Shown here piece after piece: positions 51,110 through 60,037 of a stretch of DNA of 64,000 bases; position 1 is the first letter of the stretch, and the number at the start of each line of letters is the position of its first letter. Below the pieces are notes generated by a model, which was given only the letters and a program-made list of their open reading frames with translations, had not been told where the DNA came from and searched no databases. This DNA is from Clostridia bacterium (lineage in GTDB: Bacteria > Bacillota > Clostridia > TANB77 > CAG-508). Location of the stretch: the NCBI GenBank assembly GCA_022797635.1, contig JAAWKZ010000001.1:31532-95531 (forward strand), in the 5' to 3' direction. The translations under genes and the position numbers were made by a program.

Positions 51110-52594
51110 TTAACCTTCTTTCTTTAAATCTATTATTTGTGTTGCCACTTTTTTAGCAAAAAATTCATCATGTTCTACAAAAATCATTGTAGGAGCATAT
51201 TTCAAAATAGCATCTTCTATTTGCTCCCTTGTTAAAATATCAATATAATTTAGGGGTTCATCCCATATATAGATATTTGCTTGTTCTGAAATACTTTTGG
51301 CAATTAAAACTTTCTTCTTTTGCCCTTCACTCATATCTTCTAACTTAGTATCAAAATCACTTTGTGAAAATCCCATTTTAGAAAGCATTGCCTTAAAAAT
51401 ACTTTCTTCTACTTTATTTTCCACTGCATATTGCTTTAAACTTCCTTTTAAACTTTCTGTGCTTTGTGATACATAAGATATTTTTAAATCATTTATCATT
51501 TTTAAAGTTCCCAAATAGCCAATTTCTTCTCCTAATATTAATTTTAATATACTAGACTTTCCTGCACCATTCTTACCTGTAATAGCAATTCTATCTCCTT
51601 GATTTACTTCAAAAGTTTGTGGTAGAAATATAACTTTATCTTGGTACTTTATTTGTAACTGATTTGCTATTATGAACGGATTTCTATTTGTCTCTAAAGG
51701 AACTATTTTCAAACTATCATTTCTATCAATATTATTTAATAGATTTGATTTTTGCTCAATGGACTTTTCAATTCTTTGTTCTAATACTTTAGACCTTTTC
51801 ATCATTTTAGCTGCTTGATGTCCAACATATCCTCTGTCAATACTAGAACCTGAATTATTGGTATTAAACTTTGACTTTTCTACTTTGTCCGACCAATTAG
51901 ATGTATTCTTGGCTGCTACTTCTAAACGGTTAATATCTTTTTGTAATTTCTCATTTTGCATGAATTCAAAATTATCTTGCCTTTTTTTGTTTTCTTGCCA
52001 CGAAGAATAATTTCCTTTTTGAATATCAATATTCGTATTATTAATTGAAATGATATGATCTACTACTTTATCTAAAAAATTCCTATCATGAGACACTAAA
52101 ATAAATCCTTTTTTCTTGTTTAAATATTTTACTAGATTTTCTCTTGTCTCACTATCTAAATGATTAGTAGGTTCATCAATGAGCAAAAAGTTATTACCTT
52201 TTAAGAATAAACTTACTAAGAGAATTTTAACTTGTTCTCCTCCACTTAGTATATTAAAATTTCTATATAGAATTTCTGTATCTGTGTTTAATAAATTTAA
52301 TTCTTTCATAATTTCCCAATCTTCTACTTGTGGTGCAATTTCATTAACAATTTCTATTGCCATTTTTTCTTTAACTTCAAATGGGAAATAATCAAAGTCT
52401 ACATTTTTAGAGATGCTCCCTTTATATGGATATTCACCTAATAGTAATCTTAAAAAAGTGGTTTTTCCTTTACCATTTCTGCCTATTAAACCTAATTTCC
52501 AGTCTGTATCTATTTGAAAAGAGACATCTTCAAACAGATTATCGATACAGCCATCATATCCAAAACTTAAATTGCTTACATTAATTAAAGACAT
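51110..52594 (-). CDS. ABC-F family ATPase of the antibiotic-resistance (Lsa/Sal/Vga) type
   Basis: Two ABC domains with no TM segments. WKLGLIGRNGKGKTT, LSGGEQVKILL, IDEPTNHLD and KKKGFILVSHDRNFLDKVVDHI closely parallel Lsa-type proteins; about 495 aa. AGGAGG RBS. Confidence 0.65.
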   Translation of the reverse strand: MSLINVSNLSFGYDGCIDNLFEDVSFQIDTDWKLGLIGRNGKGKTTFLRLLLGEYPYKGSISKNVDFDYFPFEVKEKMAIEIVNEIAPQVEDWEIMKELNLLNTDTEILYRNFNILSGGEQVKILLVSLFLKGNNFLLIDEPTNHLDSETRENLVKYLNKKKGFILVSHDRNFLDKVVDHIISINNTNIDIQKGNYSSWQENKKRQDNFEFMQNEKLQKDINRLEVAAKNTSNWSDKVEKSKFNTNNSGSSIDRGYVGHQAAKMMKRSKVLEQRIEKSIEQKSNLLNNIDRNDSLKIVPLETNRNPFIIANQLQIKYQDKVIFLPQTFEVNQGDRIAITGKNGAGKSSILKLILGEEIGYLGTLKMINDLKISYVSQSTESLKGSLKQYAVENKVEESIFKAMLSKMGFSQSDFDTKLEDMSEGQKKKVLIAKSISEQANIYIWDEPLNYIDILTREQIEDAILKYAPTMIFVEHDEFFAKKVATQIIDLKKEG

Positions 52595-52709
52595 GTTACC
52601 TCCTTGTTGAAGCAATTATATCATTAGTTCATAAAAAAGTATATATATTCAAAAATAAAAAGGAGAGTAGCAGCAGATAAATCTGTCACTACTCTTCCCC
52701 TTGCAATGT

Positions 52710-52931
52710 TTAATAAATGTGATTTATGTAGAGAATAAGTATAAACCAAGCTACCAAGTCGATAAGAATGACTACAACCCATCTGTTTCCTAATTTCAGA
52801 TGCCGTTCATTTTCGAGATTTCGATGATGATAGATGATAAAACCAATTCCTACAAAAAGTACAAGTATCGCAAAAAGCGAATACAATACTGCCACCTTGA
52901 TTAAGGTAAGCTTAAACGTTGCAGCTTCCAT
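52710..52931 (-). CDS. small two-TM membrane protein, hypothetical
   Basis: AAAGGAAGAG RBS; a hairpin plus T-run lies downstream. Confidence 0.4.
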   Translation of the reverse strand: MEAATFKLTLIKVAVLYSLFAILVLFVGIGFIIYHHRNLENERHLKLGNRWVVVILIDLVAWFILILYINHIY

Positions 52932-53061
52932 TGCTCTCTTCCTTTCTTTACTGATGCTTGATTTTTGTGTTTCACCAAAAGATAGGATTGTACTTTACAA
53001 GTTATTCATTTGAAAGTACAATACAAATGCTTTTAACATTACTCTTTATTATACCACATTT

Positions 53062-54780
53062 TTAGCCTTCTTGCAAAATCTTCTTCATTTCTTCCTGTCT
53101 TTTTACTTTTTTCGTTGTTGTCTTTATCAATTCTTCATCTGTTAAAATGAGTTTTTGAATATGTTTGTACCTTGGAAAAGATTTGTTTAATTCCTTAATT
53201 TGCCCCCATATAATTTGATATAACTCTTCTTGTGATTTATCCTGATATTTCTCCTTTGCTACTTCTTGATTGTATACTACTTTAACAGATACTTTTACAT
53301 CATCTTTCACTTTTTCATCAGGCATACCAAACACCATAGATTCTTCTACTAGTTCTAAACGATTAACGATAGTTTCTAATTCCTCTGGGAATACCTTTTT
53401 ACCATTTCTAAGTACTATCATATTCTTGTTTCTACCAGTAATATATAGAATCCCTTTTTTATCAAATTTTCCTAAATCTCCTGTATAAAACCAGCCATCT
53501 TTTAATACTTCTGATGTCAATTCTGGCATTTCATAATAACCTAACATAACATTAGGGCCTTTTACTCTAATTTCTCCAATACCATTTTCATCTTGGTTAA
53601 CTACTTCTATGGTATCATTTATCATAGGAATTCCTACTGAACCATTTTGAGTCAATTTTGCATTTTCTGCTGCAATAACAGGTGAAGTTTCACTTAACCC
53701 ATATCCTTGAAGAGTAGATACTCCCAAATCGTTAAATCCTTGTGAAATTTGAGGATCTGCTGGCGCACCACCTGAAATGATAAGTCTTAATTCTCCACCC
53801 AAAGCATTAATGACTTGTTTAAATAGTATTCTTCTTACATCAAGATGGAAAAATAATAAAAACTTGCTAAGTGCTCTTGCAAATCGAATTAGACCAGTTT
53901 TGCCTTGCTTGTCAATTTCTTTCATAATGGTTTTGTAAATAGCTTCTACTAACACTGGAACACCAACAAACAAACTTACTTTATATTCGTTTAAATTCTG
54001 TTTAATATATCTTAGACCATCAGGAAACACTGTTTTCACACCACAAGCGAGCATCATAATCATACAAGTTGAGCCAAAGATATGATGAAATGGTAAAAAA
54101 GCAATATTGGTATCAGTTGGCCTAATATCTTCTACACATTGCATTGCATAAATATTTGAAGCAATATTTTTTTGTGATAACATAACCGCTTTTGACTGAG
54201 AAGTAGTGCCAGATGTAAATAGTAAAATGTTCATTACATTTTCATCAATATTAGCATTAAGATATTCATTTTGTCCTTGTTCTAATAACACTTCTCCTTT
54301 TTTCAAAAGGCCCTTAATAGACTGAAAGCCATCTACTTCTCCCATACAAACATAGTTTGTTAAAGAAGTATTATTGTTTTCTTGAATTTGCTTTATAATT
54401 GGAGTTAATTTCTCATCAAAGATAATACAATCAGCTTTACTTCTAATAAGGGAAGTTTCTAATTCTTCATATTGTAGGTCTTTATCTAATGGAACTGATA
54501 CAATTCCACCTAATAAATTAGCCAAATGAGAAATAACCCATTCATATCTATTTTTACCAATAACAGCAATTCTCTTTGCTGTTAGCCCCATGTTATAAAA
54601 AGCTGTTCCTAATTTGTTAACATCTTTTAATAACCTTTCATAAGTTACATCTTCATAACTAACTTTCTTTTCCTCTTTATGCTTAATGGTAAATGCAATA
54701 TTTTTAGCATAAACTTGTGCTGAATGATAAAGAATTTCTTTAATATTCTTAAATTCAGTAGCTTCAAAGATTTTTTCCAT
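53062..54780 (-). CDS. long-chain fatty-acid--CoA ligase (AMP-dependent synthetase)
   Basis: AMP-binding motifs TSGTTSQSKAV, YGLSET and GDLG. Confidence 0.75.
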   Translation of the reverse strand: MEKIFEATEFKNIKEILYHSAQVYAKNIAFTIKHKEEKKVSYEDVTYERLLKDVNKLGTAFYNMGLTAKRIAVIGKNRYEWVISHLANLLGGIVSVPLDKDLQYEELETSLIRSKADCIIFDEKLTPIIKQIQENNNTSLTNYVCMGEVDGFQSIKGLLKKGEVLLEQGQNEYLNANIDENVMNILLFTSGTTSQSKAVMLSQKNIASNIYAMQCVEDIRPTDTNIAFLPFHHIFGSTCMIMMLACGVKTVFPDGLRYIKQNLNEYKVSLFVGVPVLVEAIYKTIMKEIDKQGKTGLIRFARALSKFLLFFHLDVRRILFKQVINALGGELRLIISGGAPADPQISQGFNDLGVSTLQGYGLSETSPVIAAENAKLTQNGSVGIPMINDTIEVVNQDENGIGEIRVKGPNVMLGYYEMPELTSEVLKDGWFYTGDLGKFDKKGILYITGRNKNMIVLRNGKKVFPEELETIVNRLELVEESMVFGMPDEKVKDDVKVSVKVVYNQEVAKEKYQDKSQEELYQIIWGQIKELNKSFPRYKHIQKLILTDEELIKTTTKKVKRQEEMKKILQEG

Positions 54781-54927
54781 TTCATTTTTGTATGATATTT
54801 TACAATCATACTCCCCTTTCTTTTGAACTATTGTTACAAGTATATCATATTATAAAGGAAAAATCCTCAAACTGACCTGTCAGTTCAAGGATTGTGTCCT
54901 AAAGTATTGATATTACTACATTTTATC

Positions 54928-55557
54928 CTATTCGAATTGTTTTTGATATATATGTGATATCTTTTTATCTATAAAATTTAATATTTTTGCATAAAAAACC
55001 ATTTTCTTAGAGTCCAAATTTGATATTTTTTTATTTGTTTTGTACTTTACCTTATGTTCGTTTGTTGCCCAAAAGTCCATTGCCATAGTCCTTAGTTGAA
55101 CCTCTACTTTAACAGGAAGTACTTTTTCTTCTACTGTAATAGGTACTTCTACAATTAAATGATATCCTGAATACCCACTTTCTTTTGTTTTCGTAATATA
55201 ATCTTTTTCCTTTATCACTTTCATATTTGGTAATTGGTTAATAATACTTACAAGACTCTCTATGTTACTCTTTGTTGGGCATATTGCCCTAACACCTGCA
55301 ATATCATTGATGTTATAGACTAGGTTTTGATAGTTTAGTTTATAATTCTTCTTTTTCATTTTCTTTACAATACTATCTGGTGTTTTTATTCTAGAGGTAA
55401 TATGATTAATGATTTCATAACCATATATTCTATTCATCCCTAATTTTATTTGTTCCAATTCTTCCACTACTTGATTTAGTGCTATTTGATACACTGACAT
55501 TAATGTCTCAAAAGTCTTATCTTTTATTTGAATTGGTATCAGCCCTTCTAATTGCAC
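54928..55557 (-). CDS. small alarmone synthetase (RelP/RelQ-type GTP pyrophosphokinase)
   Basis: RelA_SpoT synthetase domain with DIAGVR and no hydrolase domain. Confidence 0.7.
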   Translation of the reverse strand: MQLEGLIPIQIKDKTFETLMSVYQIALNQVVEELEQIKLGMNRIYGYEIINHITSRIKTPDSIVKKMKKKNYKLNYQNLVYNINDIAGVRAICPTKSNIESLVSIINQLPNMKVIKEKDYITKTKESGYSGYHLIVEVPITVEEKVLPVKVEVQLRTMAMDFWATNEHKVKYKTNKKISNLDSKKMVFYAKILNFIDKKISHIYQKQFE

Positions 55558-55769
55558 CTCTTCATTTTTTATTTTTAAACTTTCTGTTTGAATCTCCTCC
55601 TTCCATGTTTGTTATTCTATTCTTTATTTGTTACTTCTTTATTGTTCTTATGTGTTTTTTGTGTGAATTTAGAATTTCTTAATATATTATATTCAAAGAG
55701 AGGTTGGTAAATTCTAAATAATCAAAAAGGAACAACTCAGTATTCTTCAACTGAATTATTCCTCGTTTT

Positions 55770-56165
55770 TTATAATTCTATATCTGTAATATCTCCTACA
55801 TTTGCATTTGCTACAACTGTCTCTTCTACTGTCTCTATATTTTGAACATTAACATTATTATTTGGCACTTGTGTAGAATTTGATGTATTATTATTGTTTT
55901 CTGCAACTGGTACTACATTTGTTCCAAAAGAAAACAATCTTCTTTCTGCCTTTGTTTTTTCTTCAAATTTTTTCTCGAATTCAGCTTTGGCAGTATTTAA
56001 AGATTCTTGCATAGCTAGAAACATTTCTTCTACATCACCTTTTGTAAAATCATATACACTACTTCTTGCCATTGGCTCTAAAATTTGAATATCATGCATA
56101 ACTTTATTGACTCTTTTGCCTGCATTCTCCATAAATTTTACCCTTTTTTCTTCATTTACTTCCAT
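55770..56165 (-). CDS. hypothetical protein
   Basis: AAAGGAAG RBS; Asn-rich C-terminus. Confidence 0.4.
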   Translation of the reverse strand: MEVNEEKRVKFMENAGKRVNKVMHDIQILEPMARSSVYDFTKGDVEEMFLAMQESLNTAKAEFEKKFEEKTKAERRLFSFGTNVVPVAENNNNTSNSTQVPNNNVNVQNIETVEETVVANANVGDITDIEL

Positions 56166-56330
56166 TTTTTAATACTTCCTTTCACACTCTCTTTTGCATT
56201 ATATACTACTCTCAATTTTATATCACAAATCATTTTGTAAATCAAGAACCAAAATAAAATAATTTTCATTGCATAATTTAACATAATATGGTATAATCTA
56301 TTCACTTTATAGAAAAGGAGTTGAAGGGCT

Positions 56331-56735
56331 ATGTCTAAGAGAAAAAACAAGCAACCATGTAAGCCCAGGCGGTATGTATTTAAAAACCTGGAAAAAAGAG
56401 CTGTAACCCAAAAGGACAAATGGTGTCTCAAACCTCAAAAGCGAAATAATCAGGCTGTCTCCCCAGAAGAATGGGGATATATCTTGACTTTGCCCAACAT
56501 TACTAATGGCAGAGATATCGTTTTGGAAGGTTTTGAAGGATACACCATTCTCCGCACAAAAAAACTGGCGGGGAACTTTCTTCTGCAAATAGTTAAAGCC
56601 AGTGAGCCTAAGTCTTATGGGATTTCTTCCAAGGTAAAAGAAATTGAAGACGAGAACGGCAAGAATCGGCATCCCAAGCAGAGGAAAAAACAGAATGTAT
56701 TAACAGTCCGAAATTTAGAAAAACGTGGTTTTTAG
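56331..56735 (+). CDS. hypothetical basic protein in a GC-rich (about 43%) segment
   Basis: TTGCAT-17-TGgTATAAT promoter at about 56262-56292, and a GC-rich terminator. Highly basic N-terminus (KRKNKQPCKPRR). Confidence 0.5.
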   Translation: MSKRKNKQPCKPRRYVFKNLEKRAVTQKDKWCLKPQKRNNQAVSPEEWGYILTLPNITNGRDIVLEGFEGYTILRTKKLAGNFLLQIVKASEPKSYGISSKVKEIEDENGKNRHPKQRKKQNVLTVRNLEKRGF

Positions 56736-56749
56736 ATTATCTGCCAATA

Positions 56750-56790
56750 TCCCCCTTCACTCTATGTGTACATTGGAGTGAAGGGGGATC
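56750..56790. terminator. bidirectional GC hairpin terminator
   Basis: cccccttcactc...gagtgaaggggg. Confidence 0.5.
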
Positions 56791-56794
56791 CCTT

Positions 56795-57904
56795 TTATAT
56801 TTCAATAATCTTTTCCCAAGACAAATTTTCTTTACCAAAATGTCCATAATTTGTTGTTTGGATATAAATAGGTCTTTTTAAATCTAAATATTGAATAATA
56901 CCATCTGGTGTCAAATCAAATTTTTGCTTAATTAATTCTACTAATTCTTCTTCTGTTTTTTGACTGGTACCATAGGTATTAACACAAATTGATAATGGTT
57001 CTTTCATTCCAATAGCATAAGCTGCTTGAATTTCACATTTTTTAGCATATTCATTTGCAACTATATTCTTTGCAATATGTCGTAGCATATATGCACTACT
57101 TCTATCTACTTTACTTGCATCTTTGCCTGAAAAACATCCACCACCATGTCTTGCATATCCACCATAAGTATCCACAATAATTTTTCTTCCTGTAAGTCCT
57201 GTATCTCCTAAAGGTCCACCAATTACAAATCTTCCAGTAGGATTAACATAAATTTTAGTGTTTTCATCTATCATATTTTGAGGCACTACTATTCTAATTA
57301 CTTTATCAATTAAATCCTTTTTAATTTCTTCTATGCTAACAGTATCTTGATGTTGTGTAGAAATTAAAATAGTTTCAATTCTCTTCGGTTTATCTTCTTC
57401 ATATTCAACAGTTACTTGTGTTTTTCCGTCAGGTCTTAAATATGGAATAGTTCCACTCTTTCGTACTTCTGTTAGTTTTCTTGCTAATTTATGAGCCATA
57501 TCGATAGCATAAGGCATATAACTTTCAGTTTCGTCACAAGCATAACCAAACATGATTCCTTGGTCTCCTGCTCCTCCGACATCAACTCCCAGAGCAATAT
57601 CTGGACTTTGCTTTGTAATGTCTGTATGAATTTCGCAAGTTCTATAATCCATATCAGTTTGACTATTATCAAATCCAATTTCTTGAATTCTTTTTCTTAC
57701 GAGTTCTTCCACATCAAATTTAGCATTTGTTGAAATTTGCCCTGCAATTGTAATAGTATTATTCGCTGCAAAAGTTTCAACTGCTACTCTCGAATTCTCA
57801 TCTTGCCTTAAACATTCATCTAAAATGCTATCTGAAATATAGTCGCATAATTTGTCTGGATGTCCTTCTGTTACACTTTCCGAGGTAAAAAAATAGTTCT
57901 TCAT
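56795..57904 (-). CDS. metK: S-adenosylmethionine synthetase
   Basis: GHPDK, GAGDQG and GGGAFSGKD-type motifs. Confidence 0.9.
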   Translation of the reverse strand: MKNYFFTSESVTEGHPDKLCDYISDSILDECLRQDENSRVAVETFAANNTITIAGQISTNAKFDVEELVRKRIQEIGFDNSQTDMDYRTCEIHTDITKQSPDIALGVDVGGAGDQGIMFGYACDETESYMPYAIDMAHKLARKLTEVRKSGTIPYLRPDGKTQVTVEYEEDKPKRIETILISTQHQDTVSIEEIKKDLIDKVIRIVVPQNMIDENTKIYVNPTGRFVIGGPLGDTGLTGRKIIVDTYGGYARHGGGCFSGKDASKVDRSSAYMLRHIAKNIVANEYAKKCEIQAAYAIGMKEPLSICVNTYGTSQKTEEELVELIKQKFDLTPDGIIQYLDLKRPIYIQTTNYGHFGKENLSWEKIIEI

Positions 57905-57983
57905 ATTTTGGTTCTCCTTTTATTTGTTATTTAATATGTCTTTTATATATTCTACTTTTTCTATACTCTATAATCGAATATTA

Positions 57984-59228
57984 TCATATTTCGTTATTTT
58001 TTACAATATTCCATTCTTGAAAATATCGAATGATAAAAGTTGTTCCTTTTCCTAATTCACTTTCTACAAAAACACTACCATTATTCTTCTCAATAATTTT
58101 CTTAGCAAGCGCCAATCCAATTCCAACACTATCTTTAGAGGAATTTGTCCCCTTATAGAATCTTTCGAAAATATGTGGTAAATCATCACTTTCAATTCCT
58201 TTACCATAATCTTTAACTTCTATTTGAGTATATAATTTGTTTTGTCCATAGCTAACCTCTATTTTTCCTTCACTTTCAGAGTATTCTATTGCATTCTTTA
58301 GCAAATTCGTAATTGCCTCAACTTGCCATTTATTATCACAGTAAATAGTCCCTTTTTCATCTCCTTGCACCTGAATATTTACATTTTTTAAATCACATAA
58401 AATAGATACTTTATTTACAGCCTCATCTATCAAGTTTTTTATTAAAACAGTTTGATTATGATATTGAATCGTATTAGCATCAAATTTTGAAAGCTTTAAA
58501 AGAGCCTGTACTAAAAAATGAATATTGGTAATTTCCTTTTTACAATCTTTAATAAATTCCTCTCTTATCTCTTTATCCATTTCTGGATGATCAATCATAT
58601 TATCTAACATTATCATGATAGAAGTAAGTGGCGTTTTTAATTGGTGTGAAATATCTTCTAAAGAATTTTTAAGACTAATCTCTTGGTTTCTAGCATTCTC
58701 GGCAACTTCTTTTAACATAATTGTTGTTTTATAAATTTCATTTTTGAGAATAGATAATTCATCTTCTGTATTATCATCAATATCTAAACTATAATTCCCA
58801 TAATTAATTTGTTCAATATAATTCGTAATTTCTACTAATTTCTTATTCTTTTTATGATTATATAACCCAAACTCAACTAATAAAGAAATTCCAAATCCCC
58901 CAAGTAAAATAAGGTTTGCTAGCAAAAATTTTTGATAAGCATTATCATTCTTTAAAAGAATAGCATCTTGTTTCAAATCTATTCCATATTGTCTTAACAA
59001 GTCTATCTCCGCTTCTTCTGTACTATTTAAAATATTCATAATATCATTTGATGTTAAATTGGGATACTTCTCTTGCAATTTTACAATAATAACATTTAAT
59101 TTTTCATTAAAGTGCCTTGTATAAATTTGATATTGTATTTGATATAACATAGCAAAAAGAATTAAAAAACTAGTAATAAAAACTATACTTACAATAAAAG
59201 CTTTCTTTAATTCTATTTTATTTTTCAT
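57984..59228 (-). CDS. sensor histidine kinase (BceS-like, intramembrane-sensing type)
   Basis: Two TM segments with a short loop, an H-box (HQLKTPLTSI) and a HATPase_c domain. Confidence 0.8.
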   Translation of the reverse strand: MKNKIELKKAFIVSIVFITSFLILFAMLYQIQYQIYTRHFNEKLNVIIVKLQEKYPNLTSNDIMNILNSTEEAEIDLLRQYGIDLKQDAILLKNDNAYQKFLLANLILLGGFGISLLVEFGLYNHKKNKKLVEITNYIEQINYGNYSLDIDDNTEDELSILKNEIYKTTIMLKEVAENARNQEISLKNSLEDISHQLKTPLTSIMIMLDNMIDHPEMDKEIREEFIKDCKKEITNIHFLVQALLKLSKFDANTIQYHNQTVLIKNLIDEAVNKVSILCDLKNVNIQVQGDEKGTIYCDNKWQVEAITNLLKNAIEYSESEGKIEVSYGQNKLYTQIEVKDYGKGIESDDLPHIFERFYKGTNSSKDSVGIGLALAKKIIEKNNGSVFVESELGKGTTFIIRYFQEWNIVKNNEI

Positions 59229-59242
59229 TTTCTATCCCCTCT

Positions 59243-59896
59243 TTAATTTGTATCAATACGATATCCAATTCCTTTTATTGTTTTTATAATATCAGTATCT
59301 AATTTTTCTCTAATTCGCTTCAAGTATACTGTAACCGTGTTGTCGTTTACATCATTTCCTGTCCATTCCCATATCTTATCAATAATATCATTTCTCGTCA
59401 CTACTTTATTTAGATTTAAAAACAGTAAATGCAATATTTTCAGCTCTAAGCTAGTAAAAATAATCTCTTGTTTACTCTTATACACTACCATTTTATCTAA
59501 ATCAAATTCAATACTCTGAACTGTTACAACTGTATTTTTCTTTTGACGCAATAAAACTTTTTGAATTCTAGCAATTAATTCCTTTGTAGAAAATGGTTTA
59601 GTAATATAATCTTCTGCTCCCAATTCTAATCCTTTTACAATGTTATCTTCTTCATCTTTTGCTGTCAAAAAAATAGTTGGTATTTTCTTGTAATTTATTG
59701 CTTGCTCATATAAATCAAATCCGTTACCATCTGGAAGCGAAATATCTAGTATTACTAATTCTACTACTTGATTTTCTAAAAATTCCATTGTACTCATTAC
59801 ATTAGTTTTATGAATAATTTGATATCCTTTTTGTTCTAATGAATAAATTAATCCTTTTGCAACCATTTCATTGTCTTCAACTAATAAGATTTGCAT
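59243..59896 (-). CDS. OmpR-family response regulator (BceR-like)
   Basis: Receiver domain (catalytic Asp in LDISLPD) plus winged-helix domain. Confidence 0.85.
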   Translation of the reverse strand: MQILLVEDNEMVAKGLIYSLEQKGYQIIHKTNVMSTMEFLENQVVELVILDISLPDGNGFDLYEQAINYKKIPTIFLTAKDEEDNIVKGLELGAEDYITKPFSTKELIARIQKVLLRQKKNTVVTVQSIEFDLDKMVVYKSKQEIIFTSLELKILHLLFLNLNKVVTRNDIIDKIWEWTGNDVNDNTVTVYLKRIREKLDTDIIKTIKGIGYRIDTN

Positions 59897-60037
59897 ATTT
59901 TCTCTCCTTATGCCTTATATATTATCAAATTCACAAAAAAATTTCAAATTTTTAGGATTAATCCAAAGAAAAAGCAGAACCACTATTTTGGATTCCGCTT
60001 CTTAACTCTAATTACTATTTTTATTGTTGAATCTATT

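Noticed and set aside
52596-52709. Leader-peptide/attenuator control of the Lsa-type ABC-F gene
   Set aside because: The hairpin plus U-run at about 52664-52700 (minus) directly follows the stop of the 73-aa membrane ORF and is best read as that gene's terminator. The ABC-F promoter leaves only a roughly 15-nt leader with no uORF.
57905-57983. SAM (S-box) riboswitch upstream of metK
   Set aside because: Only 79 nt of AT-rich sequence separates metK from the upstream gene. That is too short and lacks the conserved S-box helices.
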